A stretch of 64,000 bases of DNA from Lingula anatina. Taxonomy: Eukaryota; Animalia; Brachiopoda. Location of the stretch: positions 16,736,587 through 16,800,586 of the forward strand of contig CM120648.1 in assembly GCA_051362555.1 (NCBI GenBank), in the 5' to 3' direction. Below the pieces are notes generated by a model that was not told the DNA's origin, did no database searches, and saw only the letters and a list, made by a program, of their open reading frames with translations. Below, piece after piece: positions 26,801 to 38,199 of this stretch (position 1 is the stretch's first letter; every line of letters starts with the position of its first letter). Made by a program: the position numbers and the translations under genes.

Positions 26801-26884
26801 TAATTCTGAAGTCTCCGCAAAAAGGTGTAATAATCTTCTGGAGATTTCTTCTCTACTTTGCGCACTCTGACTGTTGTTAGCCAT
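14848..26884 (-). CDS. Transposon-borne G2E3-like HECT E3 ubiquitin ligase with UBZ-like CCHC finger, 11 exons, ~674 aa
   Basis: GT-AG exons 26884-26546, 24588-24519, 23956-23782, 23505-23220, 21796-21743, 21614-21567, 21187-21069, 20810-20446, 20306-20170, 19979-19808 and 15107-14848 join in frame without stops (2025 nt). Motifs: CLHC-x11-H-x3-C, VTFLGEEALDFGGPRREFF, LKFTTGS, catalytic FPTAHTC, and a -4 Phe in the terminal FGMN. Confidence 0.88.
16036..18193 (-). mobile_element. pogo/Tc1-mariner-type deletion derivative with a C-terminal PHD-finger remnant
   Basis: TIR ggggagagcggggttggttggaac / gttccaacccaccccgctctcccc flanked by TA. Other family A copies show the uninterrupted aaatattagt site. 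Minus-strand remnant SAVLTDTPENE...KWVKCIVCLKWSHEDC. Confidence 0.75.
17040..17235 (+). mobile_element. ~215-bp Harbinger-like MITE, copy inside the pogo element
   Basis: Near-identical to 23993-24207 and 36174-36387; the right end is degraded. Confidence 0.7.
21881..22950 (+). pseudogene. 5'-truncated R4/Dong-like non-LTR retrotransposon (CCHC knuckle plus restriction-like endonuclease) in HECT intron 4
   Basis: CRICN*FKETIDHIVSGC, then RPDIIIKNK...IDMTVP...EEEKLSKYKDL and VPVVVGALG. In-frame stops at ~21968 and ~22335 plus a frameshift. Flanked on both sides by (TAA)n. Confidence 0.82.
23993..24207 (+). mobile_element. ~215-bp Harbinger-like MITE in HECT intron 2
   Basis: Imperfect TIR gaccctatttccagag / ctctgggaatacagcc with TAA on both sides. 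Confidence 0.75.
25028..26370. mobile_element. hAT-like non-autonomous element in HECT intron 1
   Basis: Ends cagggctcgacatta / tagtgtctaacccta, with subterminal ggacaggt repeats at both ends. No clear TSD. Confidence 0.55.
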
Positions 26885-26971
26885 TAAATCTGATAAACGC
26901 AAGCACTGCACTGCACTACACTCAGAATTTCGCGGGTATTGACTGTGACGTCACCGCAAGATTGACATGAG

Positions 26972-27201
26972 CGCCATCTGGCGTCAAATCGCGTTTTGAT
27001 GACAAGTTGCGTTTTGATGATGACTAGTTGCGTTTTGATGACTAGTTGCGTTTTGATGACTAGTTGCGTTTTGACGACTACTAGTCGTATTTTGCCTTCT
27101 GATCTGATAACGACGACGACAAATCGTGTTTTCATTTTGACTGATCTGATAACGATGACGACTAATCGTGTTTTGCATTTTTGTATAAACCGCCGCCCAT
27201 A
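26972..27201 (-). repeat. Right TIR of the IS3EU-like element
   Basis: Reverse complement of 6792-7083 with fewer array units. Confidence 0.93.
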
Positions 27202-28384
27202 GATGTGTGTAAACATCACACAATTGTTTCAACTTACTGGATTAAAAGTATGAACATCTTGCTCGAAAGTGTAGTTCTTAGCTAGTATTATAGATTTGCC
27301 TTACTTAATAGACTAACGCAACTTTAAATGCTTGTTGCTAGGGTAATATGCTGCCTAGCAATCGTAGCTAAGGTTAATTTGGGTTTTAATTGCCTTAAAA
27401 TAGTCAAGTGACAGTTCTGATGCCATGAAACATAGTTATTAGCATTTCTAAACAATTTAAACTGGACAAGAAAGGTCTTATTAGCTTGTTACTAAGGAAA
27501 TTCACTTCCATAGCAACGGTTGCTAAGCAACGCTTTGAAATTTTGGGCACTGCCCTTGAAAATGATCAGTATAGACCAAAGAACAATTGTGCCAAGTTTC
27601 ATGCTTTTTCCACATTTTGAGCAATTTGTCCAAAATATAGCACCAGTCATCCAGACTACAAGTACTATTTTTTTGTATTCCAAACCCAAGGTCACTGTTG
27701 TGTATGAATACACTACTTCCTGTGAAAAGTAGTTCCATTTCATGAAAAATGGTCGTCTGCTAGTTTTATTTGCAAACAACAATCCACAAAGTCAGGAAAA
27801 TAAGGTATTATCCAAAGTACTTCAACATTTAATTTATTTGTGTGTGTTAACAACAAACTGGTGATGAAATGTCTTTGAATCTAGAAGTGGTAAGACATCG
27901 AGAAACTTGACAAAGTACATTTGAGAATTTAGGTATATCTAAGCTTTCATGAACAGCTACAAGATGAAGAATATGAAGAACTGGACTGTTCTGTTGTGAG
28001 ACTTGAGTTGTTCTTCACTGACAAATGGACAAGAAGTTCAGGGATTAAACAATGTAAGATGTTTTTCTTGTGACTTAATAAAAATACAAATAAAGCATAC
28101 TATAAATTCCATTAAAAAGAGTTCTTCATCCTTATTCAAAATCCTAATCACTAATGGGTTCATAGAAATTTGTCAGTAACAGTAAAGTATTAACTATAGA
28201 AAATGTCTCCACTCTACATACATTTTTACTAAAGCACAGCTGTGTGCTCACTGAATTTAAATATATGCTTAAAAGTTTTTTTATTGAAATTAAGGCAAAC
28301 ATATTTATGGATAAAAACATTGTAAGACTAATTAACTTTCAAATATTTTACATAATAATCATGTCTATCCACAGTTAATACATG

Positions 28385-29326
28385 TTACTTACCTTGTTTC
28401 AGTTCAATGTACGTGAATGTATGAACATTGCCGTCATCCTCTCCCACCACCAGTTGACCAGCAGGGTTGATGACTACTGCCTGGGGAAACTCCAACCCAT
28501 CATCCTCAGTGACAATGTATCTGATAAACTGTCCCTGTGGACTCAGTGCCACTATCCTGTTGTTATCCCAGTCAGCAATGAAGATGTGACCATAGCTGTC
28601 TGTGCACACTCCATGTGGTATACTCAGTTTACTGTCTTCTCTGCTGCCGTCATACTTGTACAGATGATCACCAGTAGGTGACAGCACATGTACACAGTGT
28701 CCCCCCATGTCTGATATCACAATGTTATCATTCACACTGTTCACTGTGATGTACACTGGGTATCCACACATACTGAGTGGAATAGTGTTCAGGAGCTGTC
28801 CACTGTCTGCATGGAATGTGAAGATGGACTTCTTTAAACTGTCACAAACCATCACATGACCTTGTCTGTTCAGTGTAATACCCTGTGGTACCTCCAGTAG
28901 ACCCTGACCCATGGTTGTCACCTGCTGACCTCTGGTGGAGTACACTTGGACACATTTGTCACCCTCTGATGTTATATACAGGTGACCAGTCTGTGACACA
29001 GCCACATCACATGGATAGTTTACTTTAATATCAAACTTAAATTGTCCTTCATGTGTGAATACTTTTGTTCTGTTGTTCCACTTATCCACAACAAACATGT
29101 GTTCCTTATCTATGGCTAACCCAGTTATGTCAGTTATTTCTCTATCATCATCTTCCAGTTTAGTACTGAAGGAACGCACACATTCTGCCTTGTCTAAGAA
29201 AACAGGAGGATGTGTAGCTAATGTTGTATTTGTTTCCTGTTCAGCTAATGGAGGTTGTGTCTGTACTGTCACCTGTCCTGATCTTGGATTTACACCTCGT
29301 CTAGACTGCCCTAACATGGCTTCCAT
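28385..29326 (-). CDS. NHL-repeat beta-propeller protein (TRIM2/3/71-like C-terminal domain)
   Basis: 313-aa intact ORF with six NHL-like repeats (PCDVAVSQTGHLYIT, PQGITLNRQGHVMVCD, PHGVCTDSYGHIFIADWDNNRI, PQAVVINPAGQLVVGE). A splice acceptor at 29341-29342 lies just upstream of the ATG. Confidence 0.87.
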   Translation of the reverse strand: MEAMLGQSRRGVNPRSGQVTVQTQPPLAEQETNTTLATHPPVFLDKAECVRSFSTKLEDDDREITDITGLAIDKEHMFVVDKWNNRTKVFTHEGQFKFDIKVNYPCDVAVSQTGHLYITSEGDKCVQVYSTRGQQVTTMGQGLLEVPQGITLNRQGHVMVCDSLKKSIFTFHADSGQLLNTIPLSMCGYPVYITVNSVNDNIVISDMGGHCVHVLSPTGDHLYKYDGSREDSKLSIPHGVCTDSYGHIFIADWDNNRIVALSPQGQFIRYIVTEDDGLEFPQAVVINPAGQLVVGEDDGNVHTFTYIELKQGK

Positions 29327-29765
29327 TCCGACAGTAGATCCTGTAATATTTCTGTCAGTGATTGCTAAACTTTATGTTCACTTCTGATGCTGCAGCTTGG
29401 AGATCACAGTAACATAAACACTTGCTCCATATACCTACAAGTCGGTCAGATCATATCTCTTTCTTTGTCAAATATGTTCAACATTATCCCACAATCTCCG
29501 TCCTGTTACTTCCTGGTTGTTGAAGAAAATGGCGCCTATTTATCACGTACAGCACTGACTCGCTTAGGAGAAAGGCCAGGACAGGACACAGAATGGCGGC
29601 AACGGCATCACAGGCCACGAGAAACTAAACGGCATCACAGAGCAGTGGATAATAGATGACACAGCGAGTTCAGGTGCCAGTAGAATGTCAATTTTAAAAC
29701 AGGTATCTGCAAGGAATAAGGATTGTTCTATAATAATAATAATAATAATGAGAAGAAGAAGAAGA

Positions 29766-29842
29766 ATCATGGTATGACTCCGACATCTTAGTAATTACCA
29801 AAGGTCACAAGAATCATCACATAAAAAATAAAATATAATAAA

Positions 29843-29898
<56 letters not shown>
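29766..29898 (+). mobile_element. Extremely 5'-truncated Dong-like LINE 3' end in a (TAA)n tract
   Basis: tcatggtatgactccgacatcttagtaatt...aatcatcacat matches the 3' UTR at 22892-22947 and is flanked by (TAA)n. Confidence 0.7.
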
Positions 29899-29899
<1 letters not shown>

Positions 29900-29959
29900 T
29901 TTGAGATTGCAGACTAACTGGCTAGGGGACATAAGATTAAAAGTATTCGCGTCTGTCTT

Positions 29960-30646
29960 CAGGGCCGTAGCCTGAGCAAAATGCCAGGGGGGGGGGGGGG
30001 AATTTTTAAAAACTGTATGTATAGGCCCTAATAGGCCTACTGCATTCTGGTGCATTTTAACTGTTATTTATTGCTCAATTAGAAGTCAGAAATTGTGGGT
30101 TCAATTTGCTATAGGCCCTAAGTAGGCCTACAGTCATTTTTTCAACACAACACGCCAATTGGACTTCATTTCGTAGATTGTCTCAGGATCAGGAATAACG
30201 TTTCTTCCTCTGTGGACAAGCAAGAGAGCCAATCTGCTAAGTACACACAAGTAAACAGAACACCTTTGTAAACATATTGTTGAATGATTGTCTAGTGGCC
30301 ATGAGTGCATTTTCTCACAGAATTGATACCAACTTAGCAATTATTTATTTATTTATTTTTTTTATCTTTGCGATTATTATTATTATTTTTTTTTTTTTGC
30401 ACATCAAATCCCAGGGGGGGGGGGGGGGGCAGCTGCCCTCCCCCCTGCCCCCCCCCCCCCAAGTAAACAGAACACCTTTGTAAACATATTGTTGAATGAT
30501 TGTCTAGTGGCCATGAGTGCATTTTCTCACAGAATTGATACCAACTTAGCAACTATTTATTTATTTATTTTTTTTATCTTTGCGATTATTATTATTTTTT
30601 TTTTTTGCACATCAAATCCCAGGGGGGGGGGCAGCTGCCCTCCCCC

Positions 30647-30681
<35 letters not shown>

Positions 30682-30695
30682 AGGCTACGGCCCTG
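29960..30695. mobile_element. hAT-type MITE with apparent 5-bp TSD and an internal ~212-bp tandem duplication
   Basis: TIR cagggccgtagcc / ggctacggccctg. GTCTT lies before 29960 and again at 32014 after removing the Harbinger. Segments 30250-30460 and 30462-30680 are duplicated. A partial copy starts at 33494. Confidence 0.7.
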
Positions 30696-31020
30696 GGCCC
30701 GGTTGCACCAACCGGTCGTAAGTGAGGCGTAGCAGTTGCGCCGGCGTAAACCGGGCGCAAAATGCTACGCCCGAGAAAAGCCAGTTGCACCAAATTGGAG
30801 TAGTGTTTACGTCGGTCTTAACTTAGTCGTAAATTTACGCCTGCTAGTTAGGTGGAGTAAGTCGGTCGTAGCTCGTTTTCCACTATGGCTAGGCTGGCAC
30901 AGAGAGAGTTTGATGACAATTATCGTAGTTGACGTAGATTATGTGGGTTGTTTTTTGTTTATTTCTTACACAAAACTTCCGTCTGTATAGCTTGGTTTTT
31001 AAAAAAACTAATTTTATACA

Positions 31021-31094
<74 letters not shown>

Positions 31095-32010
31095 ATTATT
31101 AAATACATTATGTGTGTAGCCATGTACATGTACATGCATGTGTTCAAATTAAATCTTACCACTCATGTCGACACGCCTGGGCTCTCAGCAGTACGGTGTC
31201 TTTAATTCTTTTCACGATTTTTGACAAACCATAACTAACCATAGTCATTTTTTATTCACATTTTATATCATTCATATTTTACTATATATAAACATAGAGA
31301 CGAAAGCTTAAAATATCAACATTTTAAGGCTCATATAATATGTGTTAGGTCTCTTGTATTTCTCAATCTCCAAGATGTAAGCTCGATTGAATTAAATGAT
31401 ACCTCACGGTGTAACCATAGATAAAAAAGGTCATGAAATTGGAGTAAAATTATAAAAAGAAAGCAATGCTGGCTTTTTTTGATTATTTTCAGACTCAAAT
31501 GTTCCAATAACAAATGTGAAAGTGTTCAAATCCATTAATAGAAATACGTACTGCCTCCAACGCGTTTTTCTCATTTACAACAGCATACTATAATAGCATA
31601 CATAGCATACTATAATAATATTTTGATTCGGAATATATTTACGATTTTATTGCTATATATCCAAGGCAACAGCAAAGTTAATGTATTTAAAACGTTCTTA
31701 TTTCTAAATCAAAATGGAATAATGTAGCTCATGAATTTCTCCGTCACTGAAATGCTCCTTTTGTGTTTATATATGTCATCATTCCATTATGACTGCAGCT
31801 GAGAACTCCTCATTTGCCCAATTATACCATCCACGTATTGTTGGCCAGTGGCGCAACGGAGCGTTACTCGGGCGTAGTTACGACGATCAGTTTTTGTCTT
31901 GGTGCAACGGGCGTAAGCAGGGAGAGTAAACCTGGCGCACGGACGCCAGGCGTTGCTGTTTACGACAGTCGTAGCCGAGTAAATTTACGCCCTGTTGGTG
32001 CAACCGGGCC
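30696..32010. mobile_element. PIF/Harbinger non-autonomous element
   Basis: TIR ggcccggttgcaccaac / gttggtgcaaccgggcc, flanked by CTG and CAG (CWG target). Confidence 0.78.
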
Positions 32011-32502
32011 CAGGTCTTTAAGGTGTCATTTTTGCAAATCTACCAGTACATGTACAACAGTATGTTGGGAGGGGGGGAATGTCATCTGTACGCTTTTAGA
32101 AAAATAATTTCAAGAAATCATGATCTTCCCTACCCACAGGAAGGCGAAGGTAACCGTGATTAGCTTTTCAGTATCAGACTGGAGAGGGGGGGTCTGGAAA
32201 GAGTCTTCTCTTTTAATCTGGTGAAATGATAATAGAATCTATGGCATCTAAGACCAACCCTGAATTTATAATAAGCGTAGGCCTGTTTCTGGAATTATCT
32301 GTATGAGCAGATCATTATGAAAAAGTTCCGTTTTTTTTAAATTTATTTGTAAAAGGTAAAAAAGGGATACAAAAAATAGGGTAACCGATTTCTGGGTGGC
32401 TTGTCGTTTTGCTTGAAAACTTTGAGTAAACGTGATAGAAATAAGATCTAGAGAGTGACAAGGCGCGCGCGAATGGCAACATATAAGGCTTCCCGCCTCC
32501 CT

Positions 32503-32540
<38 letters not shown>

Positions 32541-32631
32541 CTTTCATCAATGTACCTGCTCTAACTTGATAGAAACAAGATCTAGAGAGTGACAAGGCGT
32601 GCGCATGTCAACATATAAGGCTTCCCTCCTC

Positions 32632-32665
<34 letters not shown>

Positions 32666-33493
32666 TGTTTTAATAAGTTATCTGTTGTGCATTGAGGGAG
32701 TTAGAACTGTATAAAAAATAATTAGCTGTGTTCAATAATTATTCTGTGTGGCTAAATCGGGAGTCACCCTTTCTTGATAGAATAAAGTAAGACAAGGTAC
32801 AAAAATGATATCAAAGTGAAGGATAATTGTTGTACTAAATCTACTTGTCACTGTTTCTAGCCCCATCACGTGTTTGTCAGCAGATAAGTCCAAAGTACAA
32901 CATGACTGGACGAAGACACGAGTTAATAAGTAATGCAGCAGTGCTGTTGTGGGTTATCGTGTTATTATTAATTGTTAGCTATGACTGAACCCTAGCGTTT
33001 ATCATATCAACATAATCATTTTATTTACTTGTAATGGGCATTGAACACCCAGCCCTTCGGGCTTATAACACACCTGTTGTATACATTTTTTTCTGCCTTA
33101 TATCAAAAATCGTGACAAAAAATGTTGCTAATTGCCTCCCCCCCCCCACACACACACTTAAACCTTAAATATTTCATTCATACCATTTGTTTAGATACCC
33201 ATTTTTTTCATGAAATTTATATCTTTCCTCAATATAAGCAGTGCACCGAAGTAAGAAAGGACTATCATCTTGTAATTCCTTTTTGTATAGTTGGCATATT
33301 ATTTCATTAATAGTCGTGTTAGTGTAACGTACAGATTCTAGGTAAAGGTAAAGTGCCAACCCAAAAAGTTATAAACTAGACCAATAAAGCTGGTAAATAT
33401 ACAGACAGCAAACAGAAGAAACATCAACAAAATATACATCAACAAAATTACTTAAATATGAGGCCTAAATGGCGCAAAAAATAATTACCGTAA

Positions 33494-33825
33494 CAGGGCC
33501 GTAGCCTGAGCAAAATGCCAGGGGGGCAGTAAGCGGACACGAGGGGGCGAAGCCCCGGGGGGGGGGGGGGAGGGTGTTGGAGGGGTGTCCCCCTCCCACG
33601 GTGTGGACAATTTTAAAAACTGTATGTATAATACTGCATTCTGGTGCATTTCAACTGTTATTTATTGCTCAATCAGAAGTCAGAAAATGTGGGTTCATTT
33701 TGCCATAAGTACAGTCATTTTTTTCAACACAACACGCCAATTGGACTTCAATTCGTAGATTGTCTCAGGATCAGAAATAACGTTTCTTCCTCTGTGGACA
33801 AGCAAGAGAGCCAATCCACTAAGTT
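33494..33825 (+). mobile_element. Second, partial copy of the hAT-type MITE
   Basis: Matches 29960-30245. Confidence 0.65.
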
Positions 33826-35215
33826 CACGCTATGTATACACTTTTCAGTTTTTAGTTCTTTTTCTAAATGTCAAATATGTTCGGCGGTTAAGGGAATTTC
33901 AAATTTTCTTTTTTTTTAATAAATTAGGAATTTTTCAGAGAAGAAGTGCTAAATGTTTTCTGTATCAACAACTGATTTGTTAAAAAAGAAAAGAATTTTC
34001 ATACCACACAATCTTAGAATCTAACTTTGGAACACCATTTCCCCAATTTATAATCTTCAAGACTTTTTGCACAGACATTTAAGTCATTTTGGATGAGTAA
34101 CAAACTGTTCCAAATCTGAGTATGTTCAGCCGTTTGACAACTTTCAATGGTATCCGACCTGAGTCGTCATATAGAACATTTCCACGGTTTTCATTTTCCA
34201 ATAAACCCAAACATCTCGACCCATGCTCTAAAATTAACTAGAGTCACACGGCTGTTCAACAATTTGTGGCATGTGTACTAGTAGAATCCCATTTGATCAA
34301 GTTTTTTTCATTTTTCTGTAATTAAACACAGTGCTATATTAGAAGATTCAGACAGAAACTTTGCATTATATTGAAAATCTAAAAAATATTCTACATTAAC
34401 TCCTAGCTATTTATACTTATCAACCCACTCTATATGGTGGCCACCAAAACATACAAAACTTACTGTACGTTCTTTATGTTTGGGCCTGTAATATTCACAT
34501 ATTGCTTTCTTGTAATAAATAAGCATTGTCCATTTGTTACAACACTGGTCCACGCTTCTTTGGACGAACACAAGAAGGACTAATGCTACCAAACCGAAAG
34601 AGAGTATCTGGTAAACAGATTACATCAAGCAGAATGGAAAGCTTTACTTTCATGTTTTTTTTTCCTGCTGGGTTTTTCCTAATTCATTAAAGACTGTCAG
34701 TAAAATGCAAAAAGGCACGCTAGCAATCTACAATTGTCACTAACTCCAATGAAAAACGTAAGCGATTCACCGCAACAAAGTGCAATAATTAACACTGATT
34801 CGACCATGTGATCAATTCAATTAACGAAATGAAGACAAAAAAATTGCCCTACTACATGTATAAAACTGTACCTTCCTACTTGTAGAAAATCACATCCACA
34901 AAGGTTACCCTCCGCCATGACATGTAGAGACAAACACGACTGCTGTGTTCAAATCCCAAACTTCAAGTGTCAACCTGGCACTCGGCCTTTATTTACACAC
35001 ATATGAGGAGATAGGTGATAAAGTGTAGGTGCTATTCGGCTGTATTCACATTGTTCGGCTGCATTCACACGTTAAAGACAAATACACATTACGTCATGCT
35101 GGCGTGATCACTTTTATTTTCCTTTTTAATTCTCGAGGTGGCGTTTAAGACTATTTAACTGATTCAATGACTGCAGTTCAGCGAGAATCCCTGCAGAGAT
35201 GAATGTATCCTGCTG

Positions 35216-36173
35216 GTATGTTAACTTGAATCTGAATACTACCTAATTTATTACACTGTGTAAGACTGGGTTCCCATGTCTAGATGTATGTTAACTTGAA
35301 TCTGAATACTCCCTAATTTATTACACTGTGTAAGACTGGGTTCCCATGTCTAGATGTATGTGAACTTGAATCTGAATACTCCCTAATTTATTACACTGTG
35401 TAAGACTGGGTTCCCATGTCTAGATGTATGTTAACTTGAATCTGAATACTCCCTAATTTATTACACTGTGTAAGACTGGGTTCCCATGTCTAGATGTATG
35501 TTAACTTGAATCTGAATACTTCCTAATTTATTACACTGTGTAAGACTGGGTTCCCATGTCTAGATGTATGTTAACTTGAATCTGAATACTCCCTAATTTA
35601 TTACACTGTGTAAGACTGGGTTCCCATGTCTAGATGTATGTTAACTTGAATCTTAATACTCCCTAATTTATTACACTGTATAAGACTGGGTTCCCATGTC
35701 TAGATGTATGTTAACTTGAATCTGAATACTCCCTAATTTATTACACTGTGTAAGACTGGGTTCCCATGTCTAGATGTATGTTAACTTGAATCTGAATACT
35801 CCCTAATTTATTACACTGTGTAAGACTGGGTTCCCATGTATAGGTGTATGTTAACTTGAATGTGAATACTCCCTAATTTATTACACTGTGTAAGACTGGG
35901 TTCCCATGCCTAGATGTATGTTAACTTGAATCTGAATACTCCCTAATTTATTACACTGTGTAAGACTGGGTTCCCATGTCTAGATGTATGTTAACTTGAA
36001 TGTGAATACTCCCTAATTTATTACACTGTGTAAGACTGGGTTCCCATGTATAGATGTATGTTAACTTGAATCTGAATACTCCCTAATTTATTACACTGTG
36101 TAAGACTGGGTTCCCATGTATAGATGTATGTTAACTTTAATCTGAATACTCCCTAATTTATTACACTGTGTAA
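35216..36173. repeat. 60-bp tandem satellite, ~16 near-identical copies
   Basis: Unit gtatgttaacttgaatctgaatactccctaatttattacactgtgtaagactgggttcccatgtctagat recurs repeatedly with few substitutions. The exact period should be confirmed with Tandem Repeats Finder. Confidence 0.85.
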
Positions 36174-36387
36174 GGCCTGATTCCCAGATATTAGATCGAT
36201 CCAAACTAGATCGACCTAACTCCCTGGGGGTTCACGCTAAATAGCTGTCAGCCGAGCGGGCACGAAAGTTAATTACCCCCTTACAGGTTGTATTAGGCGG
36301 GACGGACATTTAAGCCGGATTATCTGACAGTAATCTAGTGAGACTCCCCACGGGAATAGATCAATCAAAATGTCTGGGAATACGCCC
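36174..36387 (+). mobile_element. ~215-bp Harbinger-like MITE inserted in the last satellite unit
   Basis: TIR ggcctgattcccaga / tctgggaatacgccc with TAA and TAT flanks. The satellite resumes as gactgggtt at 36391, and a diverged copy follows at ~36410-36640. Confidence 0.75.
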
Positions 36388-36869
36388 TATGACTGGGTTC
36401 ACGTGCCTAGAATGATCCAACAGGATCAGTCTAACTCCACGGGGTTCACGCTAAATTGCTATCAATTTAAGTGGCTTAGATATCTGTCACGCCTTTCGAA
36501 TCAACTAGGTGGGATATTAACTCTCGACCTCCAGTAGTTAATTTCCCCCTTACATCTTTAGTAGGTGTGACAGGCATTTAAGTCGCTTTAGTTGATAGAA
36601 ATTTAGTGAGAATCCCCTGAAGATAGATCGATCCAAAGTTAGTACGATATCTCTTGATATGGTCCCTTAGAGACCCCTGACAGCAAAGAATAGTTTTAAA
36701 AGGTGCTGTAACTCTGAAAATATCGTCGACGTTGGAAAATTATATATTTGGCAATAGCATTGCGAATAATTTCTTTTTTTTTTTTGTGGTGTAGAGTCAA
36801 TATTAATATCCCTGTTCTAATTTACTATTTTTAAAAAAAATCACTCAGTGTAAGCGACTTAAATGTTAA

Positions 36870-37365
36870 CGTTGACACAGCTAATCAAACAGATAGTTAC
36901 TCAACGGGGCTTACTAGTATATACAATAGAGCTGATTATACCGAAGACTTTAAGTGTTGACACGCCTAATTAAGCTGCTAGTTACTCAACGGGGCTTGCC
37001 AGTATAGACAATAGAGCTGATTATACCGAAGACTTAAGTGTTGACACGCCTAATTAAATTGATAGTTACTCAACGGGGCTTGCCAGTATAGACAATAGAG
37101 CTGATTATACCGAAGACATAAGTGTTGACACACCTAATTAAACTGCTAGTTACTCAACGGAGCTGGCCAGTATAGACAATAGAGCTGATTATACCGACGA
37201 CTTAAGTGTTGACACACCTAATTAAACTGCTAGTTACTCAACGGAGCTTGCCAGTATAGACAATAGAGCTGATTATACCGAAGACTTACGTGTTGACACA
37301 CCTAATTAAACTGATAGTTACTCAACGGGGCTTGTCAGTAAAGACAATAAAGCTGATTATACCGA
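36870..37365. repeat. 84-bp tandem repeat, ~6 copies
   Basis: ttgacac recurs at 36872, 36957, 37041, 37125, 37209 and 37293. Confidence 0.92.
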
Positions 37366-38199
37366 AAGTTTAGATTAATCCAGTTAGTACGATGGGAATA
37401 TATATTTAAGATGTGGAGAAATTCACTTATCTCGGCAGTCTAGAAAGCTGTTAAAATGGCAAAAAAAGTTCACAGGCAGGTAATCAGAGCATACTGGTCA
37501 ATTACTTAGATGAGAGTTATACCTGTTGTCAGTTTTGCAATCATATGGGACCCTTGCTCATCGTCTACTATCTTTGAGGACTTAGAGACGTCAAAAATCG
37601 TTTTTTTGGTAACATTTTCCGATGGCGCGATAGGATTGTCAGCGTTCTGCCATTTTGTTCGGCAATTCTGCCCAGAGACCTCGCCAAATGATACAAACTA
37701 GGGGACCAATGATATGTAGCAGGAAACACAAACAAAGTTGATTACATGTTACTGCAACAAATAGGCGCGATCGTTTTTCGGTGAATTCTGGATCATTTGG
37801 TGCCGCGTCTGGTACAGTAGTTAGGTAGGCCTGACAAAGTAATCGGATGGCATTGTTTGTAGCTGTGTTGAGAAAGGCTCGTCACTCGTGTTAATACGAG
37901 TTTTTGAAAATTAACGATGCAGGCTTGATTTCAATGATTTGACATTTGTCATGTAAACTGAATAATCCAACGATTATTTTAGGACACTCACCTTGCAAAA
38001 TGTCATCTAAGATTATAACTGGTAGTAAGGTGCTCAGCTGCACAACAATGAGTCTATTGCAGAAAAAAATGTATTTATTCATTTCTTTGTGTGTATGTAG
38101 AAGTTACGTCAATTGTTGTTAAGTCGGCATTTTTTTGTAGATTAACTGCGTCTAAAACTACATTATTTCTGTATGTATGTATGTGACAGGATACACGGC

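Larger units (their letters stand above)
6792..27201 (+). mobile_element. Full-length IS3EU-like DNA transposon (20,410 bp) encoding a DDE transposase and a HECT E3 ubiquitin ligase
   Basis: TIRs start TATGGGCGGCGG and end CCGCCGCCCATA. Perfect 6-bp TSD GATGTG at 6786-6791 and 27202-27207. Two convergent spliced genes start just inside each TIR. An empty site is present at 59336-59341. Confidence 0.92.
4622..27658. mobile_element. Academ-like non-autonomous DNA transposon (TAG...CTA ends, 3-bp TSD) that hosts the IS3EU-like element
   Basis: Imperfect TIRs of ~320 bp (4622-4941 and 27327-27658) beginning tagtctagatgactggtgc and ending gcaccagtcatccagacta. TSD CAA at 4619-4621 and 27659-27661. 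A second, inverted copy starts at 58885. Confidence 0.75.

Noticed and set aside
29564-31205. Short ORFs rich in I, Y, P or G
   Set aside because: Products of (TAA)n, (TA)n and poly-C/G tracts.
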